Made by a program: the position numbers and the translations under genes. From NCBI GenBank assembly GCA_938022205.1, contig CALIEB010000016.1, positions 4,213 to 68,212 of the forward strand: DNA of 64,000 nt, given 5' to 3'. The notes beneath the pieces were generated by a model. It searched no databases. It was not told the origin of the DNA and saw only the letters and a list, made by a program, of their open reading frames with translations. Of the stretch, positions 8,652 to 17,510 are shown one piece after another; positions within the stretch are counted from its first letter, which is position 1; each line of letters opens with the position of its first letter. Source of the stretch: an uncultured Anaerolineae bacterium. GTDB taxonomy: Bacteria; Chloroflexota; Anaerolineae; Aggregatilineales; Phototrophicaceae.

Positions 8652-9432
8652 GTGCGCCTCCTGCTTCACTCAAGTCACCGTAAAGCTCGCCCAAATAGAC
8701 GCGCTGCACGGTCTCGTTTTTGGCAATCTCGGCGGGCGCACCCTCTGCCAGCACGCGCCCCAAGTTCATCACCGTGATGCGGTCAGACACGCCCATCACG
8801 ACATTCATGTTGTGTTCCACCATGACGATGGTCTTGTTGCCCTGCGCCTTGATGGTGGCGATGGTCTCCATGAGCTGTGGCACTTGTTCGGATGCCATGC
8901 CCGCTGTCGGCTCGTCGAGCAACATGACTTCGGGGTCCGGCGCAAGCAAAATCGCCAGCTCCAGCTTGCGCTTGCCGCCGTGCGGCAGCACGTTGGCGGG
9001 ATAGAACGCCTCGTCACGCAAGCCCACTAGCTCTAGCACCTCGAAGGCGCGCCGCTCGAACTGTGTGTAACGGCTGGCGGGGCGAAACCAGTGAAAGTTT
9101 ACGTCGCTGATTGCCTGCGCCGCCAGCCGCACGTTCTCTAACACAGTGAGGTTAGGGAAGATGTTGGTAATTTGAAACGACCGCCCGATGCCAAGGTGAA
9201 TGCGGCGGTGCATAGGCTGCTCGGTGATATCTTCACCTTTGTAAATGACGCGCCCGCTGGTGGGTTTGAACGTGCCGTTGAGCAGGTTAAAGAAGGTTGT
9301 CTTGCCCGCGCCGTTGGGACCGATGATGGAGTGCATCGCGCCGCGCGTAATGTTGACGCTTACGTTATCGACCGCTACTAACCCGCCGAACGCCTTGCGC
9401 AGGGCTTCTGTCTGTAAAATATAGTCTGTCAT
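8644..9432 (-). CDS. livG: ABC transporter ATP-binding protein (LivG-type)
   Basis: Walker A GPNGAGKTT, a GGKRKLE signature variant and Walker B VMLLDEPTAG are present. The LivG-type C-terminal extension ends with VQRVYLGE. Confidence 0.9.
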   Translation of the reverse strand: MTDYILQTEALRKAFGGLVAVDNVSVNITRGAMHSIIGPNGAGKTTFFNLLNGTFKPTSGRVIYKGEDITEQPMHRRIHLGIGRSFQITNIFPNLTVLENVRLAAQAISDVNFHWFRPASRYTQFERRAFEVLELVGLRDEAFYPANVLPHGGKRKLELAILLAPDPEVMLLDEPTAGMASEQVPQLMETIATIKAQGNKTIVMVEHNMNVVMGVSDRITVMNLGRVLAEGAPAEIAKNETVQRVYLGELYGDLSEAGGAHG

Positions 9433-9487
9433 CCGTCAAAAAACTCCTCTTTTTGTTTTTTAGGAGCATCGCTCGGTGGCTATAGGT

Positions 9488-9526
9488 AAAAAAGGCGTGT
9501 GCCGTGTTGTTCACACAGCACACGCC
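9488..9526 (-). terminator. Intra-operon hairpin plus T-run after the binding-protein gene (partial terminator/attenuator)
   Basis: On the minus strand GGCGTGTGCTGTGT-gaaca-ACACGGCACACGCC forms a 14-bp stem with 1 mismatch. TTTTTT follows, 29 nt downstream of the SBP stop. Confidence 0.6.
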
Positions 9527-9554
9527 CCGTCAGGTCTGTCGCGTTTCGTGTGCC

Positions 9555-10853
9555 TTATTCGCTCGCGGTGGCTTCGGCGAACGCGGCGTTGAAGTCCGCG
9601 TCAAGCTCGCAGCGTTCGGGCGCGTTGGGCAGATTGCAAGGCGGTGCCGCGTTAATGGCACTCACTTCGCCGACCAGTTCATAGAACTTTTGGTCAGGGT
9701 CGTCGAGGTTGACCAAGCGCGCGATGTACATCGGCACGAGTGCTTGGTGGTCAGACGGACGGATGCCATACACGCCTTTGGGACCTTCGAAAATCAAGCC
9801 TTCCAGCGCGGGAATGAGTGCCTCAGGCAGGGTGTCGCCCTCTGTGGCGGTCACCGAAGTAAACAGTGCTTGCCCGGTGGCGAAGCCGCATTCGGTGAAG
9901 AGGTCCGGCACGTCATTGTAAACAGCAAGGTGTTTCTCCACCAACCAATCGTTGGCGGCGGTCTGCGGGAAGCTGTAGTGATAGACAATCCACGACACGT
10001 TGCCGATGGTGCTGGGGTCGCTGGCTTTGACGATGTCGTTGCTGTTGAACGCGCCTACGACGTTGAGCTTGGTGTTCACGCCCAGCTCGGCGATTTGTTG
10101 GAACAACGCCACGCTGGTGTCACCCGCCCAAATCGGCAGCAGAGCTTCTGCGCCGCTGTCCATCACCTGTTGCAGGTAGGGCGTGAAGTCGGTCGTTTCT
10201 AGCGGCGCGAAGATGGGATCTTGCACGAACTCTACGCCGTAAGCACTCAGCACGTTGGTGAAGGTCGTGGCGGACGAACGCCCAAAGTCATAGTCCGCTG
10301 CCAAAATCACCCACTTCTTGCCCAAGCCTTCGGTGGCGAAGGAAGCTAATGCCAGTGAGTCTTGTGTGGTGTTGCGGCAAACGCGGAAGGAGTTGACGTT
10401 AAAGTTCGTCGTGGTAATCGCAGGCGAGGCACCGGGCGCAACGAACAAAATCACGTCGTTGTCTAACGCCACCTGCTGCAAGCCCAACGTCACGCCTGAA
10501 GACGGCGCGCCTACCAAGATTTCCGCGCCGCTCTGTTCGATGAGGTCACGCGCTTGGCTCGCGCCCGTGTCGGGGTCGCTGCGGTTGTCGCGCACTTCGA
10601 TGACCACCGGGCGACCGGCAATCTTGAGGTCTGCCAATGCTGCGTTGATGTCGTTGTTGTAGTCAGCGGGGTCGATGCCTGCCGCGTAGAGCAAGCCCAG
10701 CTTAAAACCTTGTTCCAGCTCAATGCCGTAAATTGTGAGCGCGCCGCTGAGGTCGGTGAGCAAGCCAATCACCAACGGCTCTTGCGCGCGTACACTTGCG
10801 AAGGGCAGCACCATCAGCAATGCCGCCAAGACCACCAAAAGACGTTTCTTCAT
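9555..10853 (-). CDS. ABC transporter substrate-binding protein (LivK/type-1 periplasmic binding fold)
   Basis: Signal peptide MKKRLLVVLAALLMVLPFASVRAQEP. The alternating alpha/beta pattern fits Leu/Ile/Val-binding family proteins. I chose ATG 10853 because GAGGAG lies 10 nt upstream. The track start at 10871 is a TTG. Confidence 0.88.
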   Translation of the reverse strand: MKKRLLVVLAALLMVLPFASVRAQEPLVIGLLTDLSGALTIYGIELEQGFKLGLLYAAGIDPADYNNDINAALADLKIAGRPVVIEVRDNRSDPDTGASQARDLIEQSGAEILVGAPSSGVTLGLQQVALDNDVILFVAPGASPAITTTNFNVNSFRVCRNTTQDSLALASFATEGLGKKWVILAADYDFGRSSATTFTNVLSAYGVEFVQDPIFAPLETTDFTPYLQQVMDSGAEALLPIWAGDTSVALFQQIAELGVNTKLNVVGAFNSNDIVKASDPSTIGNVSWIVYHYSFPQTAANDWLVEKHLAVYNDVPDLFTECGFATGQALFTSVTATEGDTLPEALIPALEGLIFEGPKGVYGIRPSDHQALVPMYIARLVNLDDPDQKFYELVGEVSAINAAPPCNLPNAPERCELDADFNAAFAEATASE

Positions 10854-10927
10854 AGCCGTAAAACTCCTCAATAGATTTTATTTCAGCAAAAGTTTAGCAC
10901 TCGGCAGCCGCCGAGAACGCTAACGAG

Positions 10928-11329
10928 TTAGGTCGCGGGCGCAAGCACCACCGCCTCGCCCTCCACGACCAACACGCCGTCTTGGTTGGTGGCGGTCGTC
11001 TTGAAGGTGGCGATGCGCTTGTCTTCGCGGTAGTTTATCAGCTCCACCGTTGCCGTGATGGTGTCACCGACGAACACAGGAGCTTTGAATTTGGTGTTTT
11101 GTCCTAAGTAAATCGTGCCTTCGCCGGGCAGGTCGTTGCCGAGAATGGCACTAATGATGCTCACGGTGTACATGCCGTGTGCGATGCGCTTGCCGAATTG
11201 GGTGTTAGCGGCGTAGGCATCGTCGAGATGCACGGGGTTGGTGTCGCCAGACACCTGCGCGAACAGCTCAATGTCTTGCGCGGTGACAGTGCGCGTGCGA
11301 CTTGCGGTCATCCCTACTGTTAACGCCAT
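10928..11329 (-). CDS. MaoC-like (R)-specific enoyl-CoA hydratase/dehydratase
   Basis: Hot-dog fold motifs FAQVSGDTNPVHLDDAYA and RIAHGMY are present. I chose start ATG 11329 (MALTVG) because AAGGGGGA lies 4 nt upstream. Confidence 0.85.
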   Translation of the reverse strand: MALTVGMTASRTRTVTAQDIELFAQVSGDTNPVHLDDAYAANTQFGKRIAHGMYTVSIISAILGNDLPGEGTIYLGQNTKFKAPVFVGDTITATVELINYREDKRIATFKTTATNQDGVLVVEGEAVVLAPAT

Positions 11330-11464
11330 GCTTTCCCCCTTGTCGGCGTAAGTCAATCAACTCTAATTAAGTATAGCCAACCTAGCCATATTTTGCACGT
11401 GTTTCGTTGACTTTCAAACATATTGACCAAAAAATCAACGCAATTAAGACAATGTGTCGCAAAT

Positions 11465-13447
11465 TCAATCAAACGAGCGTTTAATAACCGCCGCCGCACC
11501 GTCTGACGTGAGCAGCGGTTGCCCGTCACGCACATCATACACGCCCACGCGCAGCGCACGACAAGCGGCATCGGGCGCGACCGTCGGCAGAGCGCGGTAC
11601 TCTGTCCACGCCTCGCCCACCGCCCACGCGCCAAAGGGATACCAGCCCGCCAGCGGCGCGCTGTCGTCTTGAGTTATCAGCGTGTCGCCGCACAGCCCAT
11701 GCACGAACGCCACCAGCGGCAGGTCGCGATGCGCGTCGACCCGCCACGTGAGCGCGACCTGCCACCCACGTGCTGTCGGCGTGTCTTCAACAGCGAGCAA
11801 GGCGATGTGTTCGCCGAACACCGCCAGCGCGGACGTATCGCCGTTGGCACGTCGTCCCAACAGCCGCACGTCGTAGCGACCGTCTCTCACGGCGAACGCG
11901 ACCAGCGCGTCCGCCTCGACGAGCGCGCTCGGCACGTCAGCGCGGGTAGCAAAAGCCCCGTAGCCGATGTAATTGCGCCACACGTCGAGCGGAAAGGGAA
12001 ACGCGGCGAACTGCAGGGCTTCTGGCACGTTCAGACCTTGCCATCCCGCTAGCTCGCGGCGCGTGTTCGTCCAAAGAATGTCTCGCAGCGTGAAGTCGTG
12101 CTGCATCATCTGCGCGTTGGGGCGTGTCAGCGGCAGCAGGTGGTGCGGGTGTTCGATAAAGCGCGGCAGATTGATGACCACGCCGCGCGTGTCGTCGGGC
12201 AAGCTGGCGGCAAGGCGAAAGAACTGCCTCCAGCCGTCGCCCATGAACGTCGTGTAGCCCACGTAAAGCTGTGCCACGTGCCAGAGCAGCAGCAGCCACG
12301 CGCCCGCCACGCTCCAGCGCAGCAGCGGGCGTTTGAGCGTCGTCAGCAGCGCGCCCCAAAAGACTGCCACCGCCGGCGCGCTCACGTAGAGCAACCGCTC
12401 GTCGTAGAGCAGGTTGTAGTGGCTCGGCAGGGCAATCACGGTGGGCAACGCACACACGCCCCACGCCAACAGCGCGCCTAACGCGACGCGGCGGCGCGTG
12501 CGTGCCGCTTGGGTGGCGTGTTGCAAGAACTGCATCAGCAACGTGTCGGCGATGTCGACCTTGCGTCCGAGCCTTTGCAAGCGGCGATAAGGCGTTTCGA
12601 AAGTTTGCGGGCGCAGCAGCAGCATGCCCGCCACCGCGAAGAACGCACCCGCGCCCAGCCATGCGTGTGTGGCGGTCGTTGTATGGCTGAAGAGGAACTG
12701 CAAGGGCAGCGTTAAGCCCTGCACGAAGTACGCGCCGCCCTGCCAAAGCCGCGCCAACAGGTCATCGCCCAAGCTCACGCGCGTGGTTACCAGCCCGGCA
12801 CGGTAAACCCAGTAGATAGCAGCGACCGCGCCCATCGGCAGCAGCAGCCCCACCAGCGCACGCGCCGCCCGCCGCCAGCCCATGCCCCACAGACCAACCG
12901 CCGCGCCCATGCCTACGCCGCCGGCCAGCACCACCGCTAGCACGCCGTTTTCGTGTGTGAACGGCGCAAGGCAGCCCGCCGCAACCGCTGCCCATCGCCA
13001 GCGCGCTCGCCCACGCAGCGCGGCGAGCGTGGCATATACTGTCACGAGCAGCGCGCTTGTCGACAGCACATGTCCCCACGACAACACCCACAGCACGGCT
13101 TGCGCGCTGAACGGAAACAGCGCGAAGGTGCCCATCGCCAGCACCGCCGCGCCCTTGCCCAGACCCAATGCCCGCGTGAGTGCGCCCACCAACGCCACGT
13201 TGAGCAAGTGCGTCGCCAGCACTAGCATGTGCCAGAGCGTGCTGTCGGCGGGCAGCGTGTGATAGAAGAGCATTGGCACGGGGCGAAAGTACATGCCGTT
13301 TGCGTCCGCTCGCGTGAACACTTCCAGCGGCGTAATGCTGGCAAGGTAGGGGTAAAACTCAATGTCGTCGCTGTAAAAGGGCAAGCCTACCGCACGCCCG
13401 TAAAGCGCGACCGCCAGCAAGAAGGGAACAAGCCAGAACAAGCGCAT
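11465..13447 (-). CDS. GT-C-fold membrane glycosyltransferase-like protein (paralogue 1 of tandem trio)
   Basis: About 12 TM helices. An N-terminal loop motif FYSDDIEFYPYL resembles the acidic first-loop motif of PMT/ArnT/TMTC-type GT-C enzymes. The soluble C-terminal module ends RVGVYDVRDGQPL. It is clearly homologous to the next gene. Confidence 0.7.
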   Translation of the reverse strand: MRLFWLVPFLLAVALYGRAVGLPFYSDDIEFYPYLASITPLEVFTRADANGMYFRPVPMLFYHTLPADSTLWHMLVLATHLLNVALVGALTRALGLGKGAAVLAMGTFALFPFSAQAVLWVLSWGHVLSTSALLVTVYATLAALRGRARWRWAAVAAGCLAPFTHENGVLAVVLAGGVGMGAAVGLWGMGWRRAARALVGLLLPMGAVAAIYWVYRAGLVTTRVSLGDDLLARLWQGGAYFVQGLTLPLQFLFSHTTTATHAWLGAGAFFAVAGMLLLRPQTFETPYRRLQRLGRKVDIADTLLMQFLQHATQAARTRRRVALGALLAWGVCALPTVIALPSHYNLLYDERLLYVSAPAVAVFWGALLTTLKRPLLRWSVAGAWLLLLWHVAQLYVGYTTFMGDGWRQFFRLAASLPDDTRGVVINLPRFIEHPHHLLPLTRPNAQMMQHDFTLRDILWTNTRRELAGWQGLNVPEALQFAAFPFPLDVWRNYIGYGAFATRADVPSALVEADALVAFAVRDGRYDVRLLGRRANGDTSALAVFGEHIALLAVEDTPTARGWQVALTWRVDAHRDLPLVAFVHGLCGDTLITQDDSAPLAGWYPFGAWAVGEAWTEYRALPTVAPDAACRALRVGVYDVRDGQPLLTSDGAAAVIKRSFD

Positions 13448-13459
13448 CAAGCCGCCATC

Positions 13460-15313
13460 TCACTCGGTGTTGACGATGATGACCTCGCCCAGCGGTGCGC
13501 CGTTCGTGCGGTCGTACACGCCGACCCGCGCCTGCAGGCACGCCTTGTCCAGCGGCGGGCTATAGCGGAAGTCGCGCCAGCCCACGCCGACAGGCACGCG
13601 GCTAAACGCATAGAGGTTGTCAAAGAGGTCGCCGTCGCTTTGTGCCACCAGCACGTCGCCGCACAGCCAATGCACGAAGGCGGTCTTGTTGTCGTCTAGC
13701 GGGGCAAGCACGCGCCAATCCACCGCCAGCTGTCCGCGCCCGTCGGGCAAATGGCGCAGGCGCACGCCTTCAATCGCCAGCGCGTCAGCGTAGGTTGCCA
13801 GCGGTGCGCCCGCTTCTTGGGGCAGTCGCTCACCTAGCTTGTCGATAAAGTAGTGCTGCGGTGTGGCGTTGTGGTTGCGCCAGACGACATCCGCCGCGCC
13901 CCAACGTGTTGCCGTCTCGTACATGTCCAGCGTCACGTCACCGCCGAACCGCTGCCAGTAGCCATCCCACAGCGTGACCAAGTCGGGCGTGTAAATCGCG
14001 TCAGCGGCGTGCCACTCGCGCAAGCCTGTGTTGAGCCACAAGAAGTCGCGCAGCGTCAACCAGTCGGTAAACAAGCCGGCGTGCGCGCGCGCCAGCGGCA
14101 GCGTGGGCGTGGTGCGTTCGATGTGGCTGGGCATGTTGACGAACACGTGCCGCGCTTGAGCATCCTCGTCGGCAAGCTGCACAAACAGCGTGCGCAACGC
14201 CTCGCCGTGCAGCAAGTGCAAACGCAAATACTCGCGTCCGAACGCTAAGCTCGCCGCCAGCGTCAGCAGCAAGACCAAACGCAGCGGCACTGCCAGCCGC
14301 CCGCCTGTCTCCCAGATTACCGCTACCCACACGACCATGCTCGGCACGGCGACCATCCCCAGCCGTTCGCCGTAGCCGACATAGGCGGGGTGCAGCAGCA
14401 GACAAGCCGGCGCAAGCGATACGCCCGCCCACGCCAGCGCGCCTAGCACGCGCCGCCGCTGGATAGGCACGCGCCACGCTAACAGCAGCACGCCCGTCGT
14501 CCAAAGCGCACTCGCTAGCAGCGACCGCCCTAGCGCGTCGCCGCCCAGCACGCCTGCCGCGAACTGTGTTGGCAGGCTGAAACCCTGCGCAAAAAAGGCA
14601 GCGTTGTGCAGCACCTCGAGCGGCTCGCGCAGCACGCCCGCGCTGCCGTTGATAATCGCCTGACGCACCAGCGTGTAAAGCAGCGCGCCTGTCAACATCG
14701 GCAGCAGCAGCACGACGACGCGTCGCCATGCCCACACGACGCGCCCGCCGCCGCGCATCCACAATGCCAGCATGACCAGCGCGGCGGTTAGCACGCCCGT
14801 TTCGTGAGCAAAAGGCGCGAGGAAGCCCGCCACCCACGCCAGCAGCGGCACACGGTGCGGTGTGACCCACCAGCTCAGCGCACCCACGCATGCCAACAGC
14901 ACTAGCCCCACGAGCAGCACGTGGAAGCCCGCGCCCACCCACACAACTGCTTGCACGTTGAAGGGAAACAGTCCCCACCACGCCATTGCTGCGATGCGCC
15001 CGCCTGCTCCTACGCCTAGCAGCCGCAAGAACACGCCCAGCAGCGCAGTGTTGAGCAGGTGCGCCCAGAGCATGACGCTGTGCCAAAGCGTGCTTTCCAG
15101 CGGCACGTACTTGTAGAAGAGGTTGGCGAAAGGGCGATAGTACGTGCCGTTCATGTCGATGCGGCTCAAGATGTCCCAAAGCGTCGCCTGCGTCAAGTAA
15201 CGCTGGGTGGGAATGTCGTCGCTGAAGAAGGGCAGCCGCACAGCGGGCGCGTAAAACGCCGCGATGCTTAGCAGCACCAACACGCCCCACAGCAGGTTCT
15301 TGCGCGCGCGCAT
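13460..15313 (-). CDS. GT-C-fold membrane glycosyltransferase-like protein (paralogue 2)
   Basis: 617 aa. The N-terminus (AVRLPFFSDDIPTQRYL...MNGTYYRPFANLFY) aligns by eye with paralogue 1 (AVGLPFYSDDIEFYPYL...ANGMYFRPVPMLFY). The C-terminal module ends RVGVYDRTNGAPL. Confidence 0.7.
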   Translation of the reverse strand: MRARKNLLWGVLVLLSIAAFYAPAVRLPFFSDDIPTQRYLTQATLWDILSRIDMNGTYYRPFANLFYKYVPLESTLWHSVMLWAHLLNTALLGVFLRLLGVGAGGRIAAMAWWGLFPFNVQAVVWVGAGFHVLLVGLVLLACVGALSWWVTPHRVPLLAWVAGFLAPFAHETGVLTAALVMLALWMRGGGRVVWAWRRVVVLLLPMLTGALLYTLVRQAIINGSAGVLREPLEVLHNAAFFAQGFSLPTQFAAGVLGGDALGRSLLASALWTTGVLLLAWRVPIQRRRVLGALAWAGVSLAPACLLLHPAYVGYGERLGMVAVPSMVVWVAVIWETGGRLAVPLRLVLLLTLAASLAFGREYLRLHLLHGEALRTLFVQLADEDAQARHVFVNMPSHIERTTPTLPLARAHAGLFTDWLTLRDFLWLNTGLREWHAADAIYTPDLVTLWDGYWQRFGGDVTLDMYETATRWGAADVVWRNHNATPQHYFIDKLGERLPQEAGAPLATYADALAIEGVRLRHLPDGRGQLAVDWRVLAPLDDNKTAFVHWLCGDVLVAQSDGDLFDNLYAFSRVPVGVGWRDFRYSPPLDKACLQARVGVYDRTNGAPLGEVIIVNTE

Positions 15314-15322
15314 CGCCGCCCC

Positions 15323-17377
15323 TTAGCGTATCGTCAGCGGCAAGCTGAGATAGTCCGCGCCGTCAGGCAAGGTCAACCGTGCAAACGTGGTGTAGTCGTA
15401 CACGCCAACCGCCAGCCGATAGTCACCGCTTGGCAGGTCGGACGGCAGCGTAAGCACGAATGGCTCGCTGATGTAAAGCTCGTCAGGGTCATCCCATGTC
15501 AGCGTAGGACGCTGTGGCTGCGACGGCGCGCCGTCGGCCTGTGCTAACACGTCATCACGGTCGGCGGGATAGAGGTGGACGAACACTGAGTAATTGGCAC
15601 TTGGCGCGTTCTCACGCCGCCAGAAAAAGCGCAGCGTCAAGGTGTCGCCTGCTGCATGCGTCGCGCCGTTCCAATCGATGCCGACCAAGCGCAGCTGCTC
15701 ACCCCAAAGCGCGTCTAACGGCAGGTCGAACGCGCCGAAGCGGTAGACGTATACCGTCGTGCCTTCAGTGTTGTACATGAAGTTGCCGCCATGATAGACT
15801 CCTTCTACGGGCGCAAAGGTCTTCACCAACTGCCAATCGCCGCGTGCGAGGAACTCGTCGTGTGTGGTTGACGCTTGGCTCTCGCCATAAGCGATGGTTT
15901 CGCTCGAGAGGATGAGGTAGCGGATGTTGCGCGCCACGTATTCCTGTGGGCTGCTGGCATAAATCATTTCAATCCTCTCGTTCCACCACTCGCGCGGGCG
16001 ACTGCCGTCATACGCGCCCCAATAGCGATTCCACAAGCTGTCCGTTAAACCCGGGCTTGGCATCATGACGAGACTGTCCCCTTCGATGGGCAAGTTCACG
16101 TCCGCCCACTCTGTCACGCGGTTGATGACGTGCGGTTGGGCAAACTTGCGCACGAACAAAGCGTTTTGCTCGGCATACCAGCCTGCGGCGGGCGCAATCG
16201 CCAGCACGAACGCCAGCGGCGGCAAGACGAGGCGCACGCGCCCGCGCAGCAGCCCTTGTGCCGTCCACGCGACTTGCTGCCATGCCGCCGCCCAAAGCAA
16301 CAGCGCGGCAAGGCTAAACGGCAGGATGTGACGAATTTTCCACAGGCTGCCAATGTTAACGTAGGACACGAACGACGAAAGCGGCAAGCTAACTAGCACG
16401 TAAGCAGCGAACACGCCCAACACCGCAAGTGGCACGCGCGGCAGCCCACGCCAGCGCGCTACGCCCCACGCTAGCGCGCCTACCACTAGCCCCGCCACGC
16501 CCAGCTGCCATGAGCTGGCGCGGTTGGTCAGCAGCGGAATAAACAGATGAAGCGCGTTGTTGGCGATGCGTCCCATGTCCCATAAGTTTTCAATCTCCGA
16601 CCTAGACGCGCGGCTAATGGCAAGGTTATCAAATTGAAGCAGCATGCCCAAAGCTCCGGCTCCCGCAACCAGCGCATACACCGCCCACCATCGCCATGCT
16701 TGCCAGCGGTCGCGCCAAAAGAAGACCGCTGCTACCAATAAAAACGGCAAGACCGCTGTCACAATCCAAATCTTGACGTAAATCATGGCGATGCCAGCTA
16801 GCAGGGACACAAACAGCCAGCCGTAAGAGCGCGCTTGCCACGCCCGCAGCGTCGCCCACAGCATCAGCGCGCCCAAGAAGAACAGCGGCGCGTCGGGCAG
16901 CGCGAGAATGTCATGCTCTGTAAGGTGCGGGCTGACCGCCCACACAAAGCCTGCGAGCGCGCCCGCCAGCCATCCCGCCAGCTGCCGCCCGGTGTCGACC
17001 AGCAGCAACACGGTCACTACCGACAGTGTCGCGTTGATCAGCCGCAGCACGGAGAAGTATTCTGCGGGCAAGTGCCAGTCGTGTGGCTTAAGCGCGTCGT
17101 AAATCGTCAGCGCGCCTTGAACAAACGTGATGTAAAGCGGCGCGAGCGTGCCATAAAGCTCTATCAACCCCGTTTGGTCAGAAAGCCCGCGCACGTGGTC
17201 TGCCATTGCCACGTAGACGACCTCGTCGCTGTAGTCGATGTAAGGCAAAAAGCGGTCGTAGATGCTGAAGCGAATGCCCGCTGCCAGCAGCAGCGTGCCG
17301 CCATAGATTGCTATTCCCACCCAGTGTGTCTGCAGCCATGACCACAGCCAAGTGAACCGTTCGTGCGTTTTTGTCAT
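15323..17377 (-). CDS. GT-C-fold membrane glycosyltransferase-like protein (paralogue 3)
   Basis: 684 aa polytopic protein with first-loop YIDYSDEVVYVAMADH. The C-terminal soluble module reads LRLVGIDW...GDTLTLRFFWRR...YSVFVHLY...DYRLAVGVYDYTTFARL. Confidence 0.7.
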   Translation of the reverse strand: MTKTHERFTWLWSWLQTHWVGIAIYGGTLLLAAGIRFSIYDRFLPYIDYSDEVVYVAMADHVRGLSDQTGLIELYGTLAPLYITFVQGALTIYDALKPHDWHLPAEYFSVLRLINATLSVVTVLLLVDTGRQLAGWLAGALAGFVWAVSPHLTEHDILALPDAPLFFLGALMLWATLRAWQARSYGWLFVSLLAGIAMIYVKIWIVTAVLPFLLVAAVFFWRDRWQAWRWWAVYALVAGAGALGMLLQFDNLAISRASRSEIENLWDMGRIANNALHLFIPLLTNRASSWQLGVAGLVVGALAWGVARWRGLPRVPLAVLGVFAAYVLVSLPLSSFVSYVNIGSLWKIRHILPFSLAALLLWAAAWQQVAWTAQGLLRGRVRLVLPPLAFVLAIAPAAGWYAEQNALFVRKFAQPHVINRVTEWADVNLPIEGDSLVMMPSPGLTDSLWNRYWGAYDGSRPREWWNERIEMIYASSPQEYVARNIRYLILSSETIAYGESQASTTHDEFLARGDWQLVKTFAPVEGVYHGGNFMYNTEGTTVYVYRFGAFDLPLDALWGEQLRLVGIDWNGATHAAGDTLTLRFFWRRENAPSANYSVFVHLYPADRDDVLAQADGAPSQPQRPTLTWDDPDELYISEPFVLTLPSDLPSGDYRLAVGVYDYTTFARLTLPDGADYLSLPLTIR

Positions 17378-17510
17378 CGGGCAAAAGTCCTTCTAACGCC
17401 AGCTTGCTAAGGGGCAAAGCATAGCACACGCCTATCGCCTATGCTATTGTGCGTTTGCTTTGTGCTACAATACGCGGCGCGTATAACCGAGAGGCATAGG
17501 AGACAACGGG

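Noticed and set aside
14001-15290. 429-aa alternative-frame ORF inside GT-C paralogue 2
   Set aside because: The translation is extremely Arg/Ala-rich (RRRA, AARR runs). It is on the same strand but out of frame with a coherent polytopic membrane protein.
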